NCBI RefSeq assembly: GCF_018977255.1
Contig: NW_024704743.1
Span: 19,284,001 to 19,348,000 of the forward strand
DNA from: Callorhinchus milii
Taxonomy: Eukaryota
Direction of reading: 5' to 3'
Length of the DNA stretch: 64,000 nt
Made by a program: the position numbers and the translations under genes. The notes beneath the pieces were generated by a model. That model had not been told where the DNA came from. It made no database searches and saw only the letters and a program-made list of their open reading frames with translations. Of this stretch, positions 11,904 through 26,157 are shown piece by piece (the stretch's first letter is position 1; every line of letters starts with the position of its first letter).

Positions 11904-12349
11904 TGAGAAAGATCGTCAACCTTACAATGACTTGACGACATATGGAGATGATTTGTTAAAGTCTTCCATGTCTCGGTCACCCTAAAAATTCCATCTTTAA
12001 AAGATTTTCTTATTAGCCTCCACACAACTCTGTTTGCCTATCAGTAACTAGGAGCCCGGTTGTTAGTCGATTGATGGATTGCTTTTCCGGGGGTAATAAT
12101 TCCTTAAAAAAAAAATGGGTCACTTCAACACACGACTTTTGTTGGACATTGGTGTGTGCAATTGGCTGCCCCATTTTGACCACAAAAGATGCAAATCTAT
12201 TCACTTTACAATATGTTCTGTGAAGCGCTTTGAAACGTCTCGAAGACGTGATGAGGCGCAATATCAAATGCAAGGATTGTTATTATTATTTAACATCTGA
12301 AGATATTACCTGGGGGTCTACATCTGCTATTGGCTGTTTTTTCCTGCAG

Positions 12350-12717
12350 GTATTACAATTATGGTCAGGCTGTAGGAGCAGCAAAAATGTACTTGGATGT
12401 GGAGGGGGTTCTGAATCGTACAGTGGTGTGGTGGACCTACATCACTCAGACCGATCGCTGGCAGCAGGCCTTTGTGCAGCTCGGACGCCTTCATCAGCCC
12501 TTCTGTCTCTCGCTGGTGAAAGTTAGCCTGAGTATTTACGATGGCGTGACAGCGATGGACGATATCAGGTTCATTAATTGCTCCCTCCCGCAAGCTGCTG
12601 TGTCTTGTAACGGCCCCGATCATTTCTGGTGTAAAGAGACCAGAGCTTGCATCGACCGATTGCACGTTTGTGACCTCCTGGACGATTGCGGTGATGCTTC
12701 TGATGAAGAAAACTGCC
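12350..12717 (+). CDS. MALRD1: MALRD1 exon: MAM C-terminus + LDLa repeat
   Basis: ttcctgcAG|...C|GTAAGT; 368 nt, phase 2-1; [11 protein letters not shown]...QLGRLHQPF...[15 protein letters not shown]...[33 protein letters not shown], which I recognise as closely similar to mammalian MALRD1. Confidence 0.96.
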
Positions 12718-14254
12718 GTAAGTGGAACCTAGTATTTCAACATAGCCTTTAATGTCTGGTAACCCATCCGATCTTTTATGTTTGACTTAAAATTTTTTAA
12801 AATTATTTGAACTGCACATAAAAGGTCCTATTGATTTATTTTTCCCTAATTGGAGTCTTTAATACAGCAACTGAATTTGCAATATTTCTTACCAGGCTTC
12901 TTAATAAGGAATCGAGTCATGTAAATGGGTTGCTTTCTGTTAACTAGAACACCTGATCGCATCTTTAAAATGTTTCAAAGCACTTCGAGGGTTATTCTGT
13001 AAAGTGGAGTGACTGTGTGTTTTGTGGGCGAAATGCGGCAGCCAATTTGTGCACAGCAATGCACTACAAACAACTATGAAGAGAATGCCAAATTTTATTT
13101 GGAGAATTGTTGGCCAGGATGGTCAAATACGATAGTTCCTAAGCTGCTTGGATCTTGGAAATGGAATGCCAAAGAAGGCGAGTGATCGATGCTGAGTAAT
13201 GTCGTACAGAAGGCTGGGAGGTTTGCTTGGTTTACATATTGAGAAGCAGGGAGAATATTTTTGTCAGGGGGTCACATGCTTTGAGATAGAGGGGTCTAGT
13301 TTGTGATGCTTCTTAATGGAATTCCTTAATCTTGTTTCCACAATAACACTCAACCATAGCAGCCAAAGGACAGTTGAGCCTTCCCAGTCATTGCATCCCT
13401 TGAGCCAGATGTTGTGAAGAACACCATCCATGGAGCTCCAAAGTTTGTGGAATTCACTGCTGCAAATTGCATTTGAAGCAAAAAGCATCAATGTATTTGA
13501 GAGGAAAGGTAATATGGAGATGGTAATAGAGAGGTATAGGAGAGGGGAATAGGCAGGGTGAGGCTCATATGGAGTTAACCACTGACATGGACTTATTGGG
13601 GAACAAACTGTTTTTGTGTCACCATTCCACAGAACATGAGAGTTGTACTGAAGATTGATTTGTCTTTGAAAATGATTTTTTCTTAAGATATTCTATGTAA
13701 TAAAGAATTTGAGTCACGTAAATGAGGACTCCTTCTGGTAACTGGAAGTGGGAATTCCACTCTTACGCAATCTACTTACCTCTTCAACCTATTTGTTCGA
13801 CCACGCCTATGGTCACCTCAACAACAACAACGTGGATTTATATAGCGCCCTCCACGCTGGACGGCATCTCAGAGCGTACCTCCCTCTTCTCCCATACTTG
13901 GCGTCCTATCCTAAAAAGTGCTCTGGGATGCTTTCCTGTGTCAAGAGTGATAAATGCAAGTTGTTGCAGTGCTTAAGGAGCAGAGTTCCCACAGGCAAAA
14001 GATTCTAGCTGTATTCCTTATTAAAACATACCTGCATAGTGGATACCTAGAGAGTGTATTTAATAATCAAAATATAATAGTTATAGTCCTTGCATTTGAT
14101 ATATTCCCTGATCACGCTTTTGAGACATCTTCACAGGATATACTATAAAGTGGATTGCACTATGTATTTTGAACAGAATTGGCATTCTACTGCGTTCTTA
14201 CATTCTCATTAAGCAAATAATTGTACATGTTTATACAGCTTTAAGTTTTGTTAA

Positions 14255-14710
<456 letters not shown>

Positions 14711-14949
14711 TAACAACAACAAATGGCATTAAATTAAATTTGTACAGCGCCTTTAACATTGGGAGGACAAAGTGACATAGATACATGTAATTGGCTGCCG
14801 CATTTTGCCCACAAAATACAGTCACTACACTTTACAGGATATTCTGTGAAGCTCTTTGAGTCGTCTGGAAGATATGATAAGGCACTATATCAAATCCAAG
14901 GATTAATATTATTATTTATGCATATATATTATTATATATGATATAGATG

Positions 14950-15176
14950 AGGTAAAATTCCACCCTGGTTTAGACTTATTCTTTTAAGAATTAAGTTATC
15001 TATTTCAGAGAATTTGGCAAACTTTTAAATACCGCATAAATTTTGAAGCCGGTTTCTGTAAGATCTTCCAAGAACTGCAGAAAAACAACTTCAAAGTTAA
15101 AACCGAATTCTGCAATTTGCTAGATTCTGTACCCTTTGAAATGCTATGTTAATAAGATTTAGAGCAATTCTACCCT
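14950..15176. repeat. Imperfect palindromic MITE-like element
   Basis: Nested inverted segments (agaatttggcaaa / tttgctagattct; ttttgaagccggtttctgta / tgcagaaaaacaacttcaaag); related copies near 34181, 37205, 47992, 57840 and 18630. Confidence 0.6.
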
Positions 15177-16059
15177 GTTTCCCTTAGGGTGGACAAACAC
15201 ATTAGATTTACTGCCTGCTTAACAAATAGTGCAGATGAACTGGCAGCCATTGATGGTGCAAGTTCGCTGGATTGTTTCTGACTGCAGAGCAGCTACTTAA
15301 TATAAGGATCACAAAGACATTTTTGAATGGCACGATTGTCTCAGGGGGGAAGAAAAATCATATAACCCCTCAAGGGATATTCAAATCCGTAGTACCTAAT
15401 GAAACAATAAATTGTCCACATTGCTTCAACGGTGTAACTAATTATTGTTGCTTTTTAATTGATTTGTGTTAACGACAGAGAGGAAGAGAAAGAGAGAACT
15501 GCTATTCAGTTCTGTGTGCAGCAGGCATCTTAAAAAACGCATTTGTTTTCTTTTCAAGTCATACAGTCATTGTAATGACTTGTAAATACAGTCATTGTCA
15601 TTGCAATCACTGTATTTTTATACAATCATTGTAATGACTGTATGAAAATGTACCTTATATTTATCAATCTTACTTGCTATTTTTCTCAGTGATGGTACCA
15701 TTAACACTGGCGGATTATGATTGCGTGATGTAACAGGGTCACACTGTGCTGCACACAGTATTGAAAGCAAAGCTATCTGTAGCCTATTTATCCGAAACAA
15801 GGAATTCAATCACCAACAGAGAAGTGAGCACCCGTCTCCTCTTAATCAAGCCTACGACTAGTGGAGCATAAGGAGAGGTTTGCTATTGCTTATGGAAATG
15901 GAATGATTTTCCATAAGGGGCTATTAGAGCAGGGTTGGTTGGGGTATTTAAAAAAGAATTGGATAAAGTACATGTAGGGTTATTAGAGGGCACAGGGAAA
16001 GAGTAAGAAATTGTGATTAAGTTGGGTGGCTCTTGGCAACACTGACACAAAATGGCCTC

Positions 16060-17020
16060 CTACTGTGTTCTTATCCATATGCCTCTGGGTGATGTCATCG
16101 GCAGACCCGGGGTAAACTTCCACATGTATGTGGATGACACACAAATCTACTTTGCCTCCGCCAGTACCAACTCCAGGTCCAACAATGTTCTCTCAGCCTG
16201 TCTGGCAGACATCAGATCCTGGATCATAGAATTATACAGCACAGAAGGAGGCCATTCAACCCATCGTGTCTGTGACGGCTCTTTGAAAAGAGCCATCCAA
16301 TTCGGATCTGAACTCCTCAACCTCCCTGGGCTCTCCCTCACACTCACCGAACTAGTGCGCAATCTAGGCATCCGGTTCGACCTCCAGCTGTCCTTCCTCC
16401 GTTACATCTGGTCCCTGACCAGGACCGCCTTCTTCCACCTCTGTCACATTGCCCTCCTCGAACTGTACCTTCACCCAAATGCAGCCAAAACCCCCGTGCA
16501 TGTGTTTGTCACCTCCTGCCTGGATTACTCAAACACACACCTTGCCAGTCTCCCCAGCTCCACCATTCAAAAGATCCAGCTCATTCAGAACTCTGCTGCC
16601 CACATACTTACCAGGACCAAACTCCATACCCACATCTCACCAGTTCTGGGCAGACTGCACTGGCTCTATATCACCGAATGGATCAACTTCAAGATCCTCA
16701 CACCCATCTCCAAATCCCTTCACTGCCTGACACCTCCCTACCTCTCCGACCTCCTCACTCCCCAATCCACCACCCGGCATCTCCACTCGACTGGCACCGG
16801 CCTCCTGCTCGTCCCTCGCACTCTCCGCCCTATCATCGGAGGTCGCTTTCAGCCATTACGCCACAAAACTCTGGACCACTCTCCCTCAATCCCTCCACCT
16901 TCCTTTTCGATGGCCACCACACCCCCACCCACCTGGCTCAGAGTCAGGCTCTGCCACTGTTAAGCACTCTGAGACGCTACCTTGCATGGAGGACACTATA
17001 TAAGTGCAAGTTTTTGTTGT
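16060..17020 (+). mobile_element. L2 LINE RT/3' fragment containing an inverted CR1-tail snippet (16223-16302)
   Basis: FHMYVDDTQIY (YADD-type RT motif), HVFVTSCLDYSN; atcatagaattatacagcacagaaggaggccattc is a CR1-type 3' end on the minus strand. Confidence 0.88.
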
Positions 17021-18994
17021 ACATTTCTGTAATTCATGTTCATTAATTTTGTTCATTCTATATAATTCCTGTCTCATAGTGGATCGATTTCAGGGTCCTC
17101 GCCCTCACCTACAAATCCTTCCACACCCTGCCATCTCTTTAGTTCCTATATCTCCAGCCACTGGAAATCCCTCCCTCTCTAACCCTCCATCTCGGCCCTT
17201 CTCTTTCTGCCTGAGTATCTTTTGTCAAATCCTACCTCTTCAAATGCGTCTATGGCCACCTCCCTCTCCTCCCCCTCCTCCTCCTCTTCTTTGCTCAGCA
17301 TCCATGTTGGGAAAATGTCTCCAAGAGCTTTACAGGATATACTGTAAAGTGTAATGACTGTAATTTGTAAGTAAACTGGCAGTCAATTTGCACTCATCAG
17401 TGTCCCCAAACAGTCATGAAGTGAATGACCAATTTTATTTGAGCGATTGTTGGCCAAGACATCAGGAGAAACTCCCTTCTGTTGTTGAAGAGTAGCACAG
17501 GATCTTTAACATCCACCTAATAGGCAGGAAGGACCAAGGTTTAACGCCTCATCCCAACGACAGCAGCTCTCACCACTATACCATTGGAACTGCCCCCAGG
17601 GAGTTCTTTTTAATGACTGTGGAAACCAGCTTCCAAATTAAGCATAAATGTACGAATTTTCCACAATTCTGCACAATTGTTAATTTTAAGAGTAAATGTG
17701 CTTACAGTGCGAGACTAAATATAATTTCAGGCTTCATCATGTGCATAATACATGTTCACAGAATGAATTGGGTCCTCACAAGGAGACGAATAACTGGAGC
17801 CTAATATGCAGCTTTTGGGCTTACACTTATGAAAAACAATAATGAATTGAAGCCACGTTTCCCCCTTTATTTAGCATTGTTACAATACTTTACAAAGATC
17901 AATAATGAACATACGTATTTATTTTAGGTAAGGTTAAGTGGGCAATATATTGTTTAGAAGGAATCTTTAACAAGGGTGAGTTCAGTGGGTTCTCCTTAGA
18001 AATACTGTATCTGAATTTCTAAGAGAGGATGTTCTCTGTTGGGTATGGTACTTAGTTTAAGATGTTACTGGTAAATCAAAGTGAACAGATATTTATAGCG
18101 TTGGGTGCCGTCTATGAGCATATCGCCAATGCACATAAACTTGAAAATTAAAGCTTTAATGAGTTTAGACGCATTTGGGTTATTCAGATTTATGTTGTGG
18201 TTAATGAGGGTACCCTTTATTTCAGAAGACATTTTGTTCCACTTTTGAACTCAACGGGAAAGGGCACGAGTAACTATAAAGATATTCATGAATTGTTCTG
18301 AAATAATTAGATGTTAAAGGTATAATTTACTGTTGCTGGAATGAAGACAATTTCAAATAAATCTCAGTGTAGAATTACTGATTTCAAAGACACATTATTG
18401 CATGGCTTGCTCTCCTTTGAACGAAACTGTTCTGTAATTGTTTCTATTCTGACTTAAAACTGAAGTGGGGGCACTCATTGCAGGAGCAACAAATTGAGCT
18501 GAGAATTTGCATTTTCAGCTATATTATAGCACTTCTACCATTCTGGAGCTATTTGTAAATACACATAGAACAACACAGGGTCAAGATTGTATCTTATTTT
18601 AGTCTTGAAGACTGTTTTGTCCTAAAATTTAAGATTGGGTAGAAATGTGGAAGAATTTAAAATTTAGTGTTAATTTGGAAGCCCATTATTTTTAAGAAAC
18701 GGGCAGTATTTCTTATCAACAGTTGTAACAAAAATGAACCTCCATCCCATTTGTCCCTTGCAAGTGGTCCAATCGATCGTTCACAATGATCAACAAAACA
18801 CTGTTACTGTTATTTAAAGAGCTGGTAAGGTGACTTGTTTGATAAACTTGAAAAACTAATACTCAATATCGTGGCTTTGTTTAGGTGCTTAGTGCCTCCT
18901 CCCACCTTTTCACTGAGATAAGGAGGGTTAGGTATAAATCTGGCTTCACTTTGGTCCATTTGATCTCATCTTTCCAGAATACTCTTTTTGCCTT

Positions 18995-19570
18995 AGAACC
19001 ATAGAAATGCTTAAGAACCACAGAATTTGGCCAATTGTGTCTGTATTGGCTGCCCAAGAGTAATCATTTTATTCCCATTACCTGCCCTTTCCCCATACCC
19101 CTATAGCTGCTTCTTTTTTTACATATTTGCTTGGTTCCCTCTTGAAGGGCAATATTGATTCTGTCTCAACCACTGCTCCCGACTGTGCATTCCATATCCT
19201 AACTACTCTGTGCGAAAAACATTCTCCTGACCTCCCCATTGGGTAGTTTACTAACTAATCATTTCCATTGGTCAATGATTTCCACACATTGACCAGTGGA
19301 AATCATTTCTCCCTATTTATTCTTTCAACCCCCCTCATGATTTTAAAAATCTCTAAACGTTCACCCTTCACCCTTCCTTGTTGGAGCAGAAAAAATCCCA
19401 ATTACCCCGTCTGTCTTCATAGGCCAAACCACTCATCCCGGTATATCCTAGTAAACCTCATCTGCATCATCTTTGTCACCTTGACATCTTTCTAAAGTGG
19501 GGTGACCGATATTGGGCACAATATTCTAACTGCAGTCTAACTGACAATTTATATAAGCCTTTCCATATTC
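18995..19570 (-). mobile_element. Degenerate CR1 LINE 3' fragment
   Basis: agaaccatagaa tail and body similar to the CR1 at 42252-42900. Confidence 0.7.
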
Positions 19571-22500
19571 CCTCCGCACTCTGTTAATCCCATCCTTTCC
19601 AAGCTACACTACGTCCCAGAGCATCCTGGCTTCAAATCCTTTCACATTCTCACCGCTCCCTTTGCAACCTCTTTCAGCCCTATTCTCCTGGCCATTCCCT
19701 CCATTCTTCCATTTCTGGTCTCTTGTTTCTCACTCTCTCAATCTGATTATTGGGTCCTGGGGCTTCAGAGGGATTAACTCCAGTAAGGGAGTTAGCTCAG
19801 TGGGTCTCAGTGCTTTGGGGCTTCAGTTTTTATTATTATACCCCCAATGGATCATTTGTTTATTTCATTTGTCTATAAATGAACACTTACTGCACTTTTC
19901 AGTGAAGAACTTTGAGATGTTTTGAGATATGATAAGATGCTGTAACAAATGCAAGGATTATGATAATTATTCTGCATTTGTTTACCCGAGATTGTCCCCA
20001 AATGGACATCTCCAGTTCATTATGAAGGCTGAATTAGGAAATGGACAACAGATTAGTTTGAAAGAGATAAACATTTAGTGTGAATTTTCATCAAGTATTA
20101 GATTTTGTCAATCCTTGTTACTTATGATTTCAACGAAAATTTGAATTACTAGAAAAAGGACATCAAATTCCAAAATTCAAATAAGGCTTTTAAAACTTCA
20201 GAAGAAATGTAAACATTGATATCCATAGGTTAATTAATATTATACTATATAGTATAATAATCGTTGCATCTCATATAGCACCTATAATTTCACTGTTTCA
20301 AAGCACTAAGGTAATTCATGTCAAATGTAGTTTCTGTGTATATATACGTAAATAATAATAATCCTTGCATTTGATATAGCGCCTTTCACATCTTCTAGAT
20401 GTCTCAAAACGCTTAACAGAATAGACTGTAAAGTGAATTGACTGTATATTTATGGGCGAAAGAATTCTTCCTTCACATTAGTGGTTTTGGCTGCTTTGTG
20501 AAGTGGTTTGTGAAGGATTTAGAGTCATAGAAAGTCATATTTTTGTACCGGTTAGCAGAAAAGCAAAGGAGCCTGCACTTCTAACTTTTGGAAAAAATAC
20601 TATGGAATTATAAAGTATTGAAATATATTTCTATAGTTGATTTATTAGATAGAGGGAAATTGGAATTGTGCGCTATGTTCTTGCCTCCAGTGACATAATG
20701 CTTGAATAATATGTCTAAGGAGGCAAAAAGGATAGAAGTACTAATTCTGCCGTAAACCAAATAGAAGGTTTTTGCTAATGGAAGATATAAGATGTCAGGG
20801 TATCAGCAGTAAAATCCATATGAGGACAGGTAATAACTTCTAACAGTCATCTGGCTAAGCAGTATAATTTCCTATGCAGTACATATGATATAGTGGAGAC
20901 ACTACCCAGTAAATTTAACCCACAATCACTTGTCCAATGCAGACCTTTTAAAATCAGGGATTTAAATTAGTAATTCTGAAGCTTCAATTCATTTTGCTGC
21001 TATCAGTCGATCGGTAGTAATATTCTTGTCACATGTCCTGCCAATGCAGACTGTCAAGGCAAGGTTCCTCTGCAGCACTGAGGAGAATTAAAGAATTTAC
21101 ATTTGTATTTAAAAATGTTCTCTCATGTTCCTTCAGAGCAAAACACAGCTCAGTTTTGCAAAGTGGAATTGAAGGTATTTTATTATAAGATCAAATGGTA
21201 CTGAATAACCTTCATCATTTTAAAACCTCTTGTGAACTTCTGAATTGAAACTGCACTCACACAAATCTGGTTCGCAAGCATTAAGGCTATATAACTTACT
21301 CTGCCCAACAAATATCAAGTGTTTTTGGAGAAACTACTTCATCTGTAAAATGTGTTTTATTTTGTTCAATATAACACTAACACTATTGATCTTTTTGTTC
21401 GCTAACACTATTGACCTTTTCATTTCACATTCAATTGATCAACAAGTGACTATTCCTCCTTGGGTGGGAGGTAACAACAACAACAAATTGTATTTTTACA
21501 GCGCCTTTCAAGTCGGGAGGACGTCCCAAGGCGCTGAGTGAGATCTGCTTAGAGCTGACCTGTCTCGAAGGTGATATGCTTGGTACCAAACGTCAGAATC
21601 GAGTTAACCATCTAAGGTGGTCTTGCTAGTCTGGTTCCTGAGCCTTCAAAAAAAACCAACCTTATCCAAAACATATTTCTCTTTCTGTTGTTCGAGGGAT
21701 TAGCTTGAGGATAGAGCTTTGAATGCAATATTGTGTAGTGTCAAAGAAAAACAGAATCCCTGGGCTCCTCATCATCTAATAATTGTACCACACATTACTG
21801 AAGCAAATAAATTTACAAAGGTATAAGAGTTAGCCTTAAGATTTCATTTTAAGTAAGAGCTCATCTGATGAATGGATTGCAAACTAGTTCCTTCAATGTT
21901 ACTGAGGAAAAAGTGTTCCCCAAAGTGTTGTAGTGTCCACGTCATGTCCCATATACGTTTGTTGTCGGCCTTCTTTAGTCGGTAGTATGTCTGAATCAGG
22001 AAATTGTAGCTGACAACAAAAAGTTAAATTTATATAGCATTTTTCACACAGGACAGCATCTCAGAGAGGTTAACAGGGCAGAGCCTGATGCCGAGCCAGG
22101 AAGGGGGGAGGATACTGAAGACATAGCCGAAGAGGAAGGGCTTCAGGTGTGAGGAGAAGGCAAGCTGGAAGGATGAGGAAGAGAGTTCCAAAGTTTTGGG
22201 GTATAATGGCTGAAAGCACGGCCAGCAATGGTGGAGCAGAGGAGACAAGGTCAGGACACTACCCCTTCAATTTAAAATACAAGGTTGAGGTCCACCTGAG
22301 TGACGACAGTGGGTAGTGGAGTGGGGTGTAAACAGGTCAGGAAGATAGAGACGTACCAGGGCATGAAGGGATTGGCACAATTGAAGATCTTGAAATCAAT
22401 CTGTTCGGCATTGGGAGCCAATGGAGCTTGGCAAGGGCTGGGGTTAAGGGGTTAAGGAGTTTGGTGCAGGTGAGTATATGGACAGTGGAGTTTTTATTTA

Positions 22501-23499
22501 ATTGGATAAAAACTTCAGTGATCAGCGCTGCATTGTCAGAGGTTCTATCTTTCACATTAGACATTAAACTGCAGTCCTATTCACATAAAGTTCCCATGCC
22601 ACTATTTAAAAAGGGAACAGAGTGCGGCAGATCTCTTGGCCAACAACCATCCAAATAAAATTGGTCATTCATTCACGGTTGCTACATCGAATAAAACAAG
22701 AAATCCTCTTCTAATCTTTTTGTTCAAGTGGGAAGTCAGACTATCACTTGTTCAAATGTATTTCTCTGGCAAATGTTAGATAACCTTTAATATTGAATGA
22801 TCTAGTGGGTTGTTAACATTGCACTTTCATGTTTTCGACTTTTATTGAACTGATATAAAGTTCCCACCATCTGCTAAAATCTAATTATTTTTCTCATTAT
22901 GGGCTTTGAGTCCTTACAATTTTTTTAGTGCATCTAAATGTACGTGTAAAACAGACTGTTAGTTTCTTAAAGCTTTGTTATTAGTTTGGGCAATTTACAG
23001 TGTGATCTTTGGCTGTTCTTATCGATTAAAAAAATCTTGCATTATATATTTAAGTTTGATTCTTAGATTTGGAAAGTGCAAATTCAGCTTCAAACTAATG
23101 TTTTTTTTATTCTGTAACAATATAAACCTTTAAGATGAATGGAAATGCATCATTAGATATATGCTAAAGATGAAGCCTTTTAATATATTTCACACATAAT
23201 ACATTGGTTAAGTCATCCATGCTTAACTGTTTGAAAAAAGAATATTTGTGTTATAGAGTCATTTACCCAATAACAAGGTCTCCAAATCTTTCCTGCTGCA
23301 TTGTTGGAGGTGAGGTTCTTCTGCCTATTCAGGCGGACATTAAAGATCCAATGGCACTATTCAAAAAGAAAATGATGGGAGTTTCTTCCTGTGTCCTGGT
23401 CAACAATTTGCCAGATAAAATTTGGTCATTCACTTCATGGCTGTATGTGGATCACTGTGTGCAAATTAGCTACTGCTTCTGCCTACAAATATACACAAT

Positions 23500-24200
23500 A
23501 ACTACATTCTACCATAAATCCAGGCAAGTCACATGAATGCTGAAGAGTTTAGGAGGGCATTAGAAAAATTGTGGTGGGAGGTGATGAATGTGCAAATGAG
23601 GGTTTCAGCTATGTCGGGTGTGAGTTAAGGTCGTAGGCGGGCAATATGGCGTAGCTGGAGGAAGTGGTCCTGGTCAAGTACTGGATATGGAGTAGGAAGG
23701 ACAGCTGAGGACTGAACCTGACTCCTAGGTGTGCACAGGTTCAGTGAGTCTGAGGGATATGCCAGAGAGTTTATGGAAGTCAGAACCTCAGGTGAGAAGA
23801 CATTTACAGGAGGATGGCTTTGATCTTATGAAAGCTCAGCCGCAGAAAGCGGTGCTCATCCAGGCCTTAATGTCTGACAAGTAAGAGGACAAACTATTAA
23901 TGGAACTGGGGTCATGGCTGGAAGAGAAGTAGATTTGGGTATCATCCGCATATATGTGGAAGTTGATGCTATATCTACGAATGATTTCAAAGAGAGAGAG
24001 CACGTAAATGAGTAAAAGGATGGGGCCAAGGATGAAGCCATAAGTGACCCATTGGGGATGGGAGGAAAAACAGATGTAGTGATGGGGGTGGGTCAAGTGG
24101 GACTCAATCCAGGAGAGTGCAGTCCCACTAAGATGGATGATAGAGGAAAGGTGGTCAGTCGACTGTCTTGAAAGCAGCAGAGAAGTTCGGGAGAATTTAA
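23500..24200 (-). mobile_element. L2 LINE RT fragment
   Basis: ILGPILLLIY...FHIYADDTQIYFS...LSDIKAWMS. Confidence 0.88.
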
Positions 24201-24420
24201 TATTGTAAAGTGAATATTATGAATAAATGAATTGATAATCAACAAGAAATGCAATAGAATAATAGATTTTGGTCTGTGGTTATCAAGACATTCAAGATTC
24301 CTTCAGGTAAGATTCACTAGGTCTAAGTGAATAGGAATGCAAGCTCTTGTCTAATATGGAATAGATAAGATAGTGCATAGATTGGTATGAAGGTGATCCT
24401 TTATTCTGTCTACTTTGTAA

Positions 24421-24585
<165 letters not shown>

Positions 24586-25838
24586 TAAGTGCTTTTTTGG
24601 GAATGCAATTTAATCCTGGAAAGAATAAAAATGTGCTGGGACTGAAACGGTCAGGCAACAGGAGGTCAACAAGATCTTTAACGTATTAGATAGCAAATAG
24701 GAATATAAATGATCTCAACAAGAATTCCCTCATACGACCTGGTGAAGCAACATATGAACTCTGAAGAGATCCTATGAATTTCAAAGGAAGCTCAATAAGA
24801 AGCTTGATTTCTATAAGGAAGGGACAACAACAACACCTTGCGTATATTTAATGCACTTCACATGGGGTTGCTTCTCAGAGTGCTTAGCAATGGCATAGTT
24901 TGATGCCAAGCCGGGGAAAAAAGGTAAATGTCCGTGAGCACAGTCAAAGAGGAAAGTCTTCAGGTGTGATATGAAAACAGGTAAAGAAGGGTCAAGGCAG
25001 ACCTATTGAGGCAGGCAGGGGATGAAGGGGGGCAGGGGTTCATCAGGAATTGGGTCACCCAACTGACTGGGAACCCAAGCTGTAGGGAAGCTGAGGAGCG
25101 GAGGCGAAAGGTGGCTGGAAACACAATCAGAGATCGGTTTAAGGCAGGTTTTAGAAGCAATGAAGAAGGGAGCCAGGCAGAAGGACTCCAGGGGCAAGTG
25201 TCTGAAGGCTTGTCACCCACCGTGGGTCAGAGCTGGCAGGGTCGTGAAGCAGGCTGGAGTGTGCTGAGTGGAGGAAGCTACAGGAACATAAGAAAGCAAG
25301 GAATAAGGAAAGGCTTTCTGCCACTTCCAGAACTAATATTAACCTTTAATCACACAAAACCTAACCTATCTTGGACCCTTTGACAGAGAGCTTTGCATGG
25401 ACCTTCTCTGATCCCTAAAGAGATCCAGGGAGCACAGTGGATATTTACTCCCAGCCTCTATCATCTCAAATTAGCTTGTTATTAACTCTCTCTCAGCTCC
25501 CACTCTCAGATCAGATGTTCATCGAGCACTGTAATGCACTTTAAGATGTCCACTAACTGTATATATACTATACACATGCACTATATAAATGTAAATGATA
25601 TTGTAAATTGTAATGTATCTCAGTCCCATCCCTGTAACTGTTGTTTTCCAGATAAATGGGGGGGGAGGGAACTCCCCATCTCAATTCTTGTTTGAGGCCT
25701 GAAGTCTAGCAACGATTTGATAAAGTAGTTCGTACAGAGCAGCACAAGCAATCTAGCTACTGTCATACCAATAATCCTTGCATTTGATATAGCCCCTTAT
25801 CACATCATTGAGACGTCTCAAAGCGCTTCACAGGATCT

Positions 25839-26157
25839 AATAATAATAATAATAATCCTTGCATTTGATATAGCGCTTTTTACGTCGGGAGGACGTCCCA
25901 AAGTGCTTCGCAGAACATACTGTAAAGTGAATTGACTGTATATTTGTGGGCGAACACGGCAGCCAATTGCGCACAGCAATGTCCCACAAACAGTCGTAGA
26001 TTGAAAATGACCAATTTATTATTGTTTTTGGTTTTGGAGGGATTATTATTAGGCGTGTGGAGTAAGGAAACTTGCCCAAGGTTTCGCCCTGCCTGGAATT
26101 GAACTCAGGTCTCTCGCTTGCAAAGCGAGTGCTCTAACCACTGAGCTACAGGACTCC
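25839..26157 (-). mobile_element. Young tRNA-derived SINE nested in an older SINE (25770-26372)
   Basis: Near-identical to 3311-3638; the flanks are the tail (25770-25838) and head (~26225-26372) of an older copy. Confidence 0.88.

Noticed and set aside
16052..16963. Longest ORF in the track (303 aa)
   Set aside because: Decayed L2 RT with a CR1 snippet and frame drift; not a host gene.
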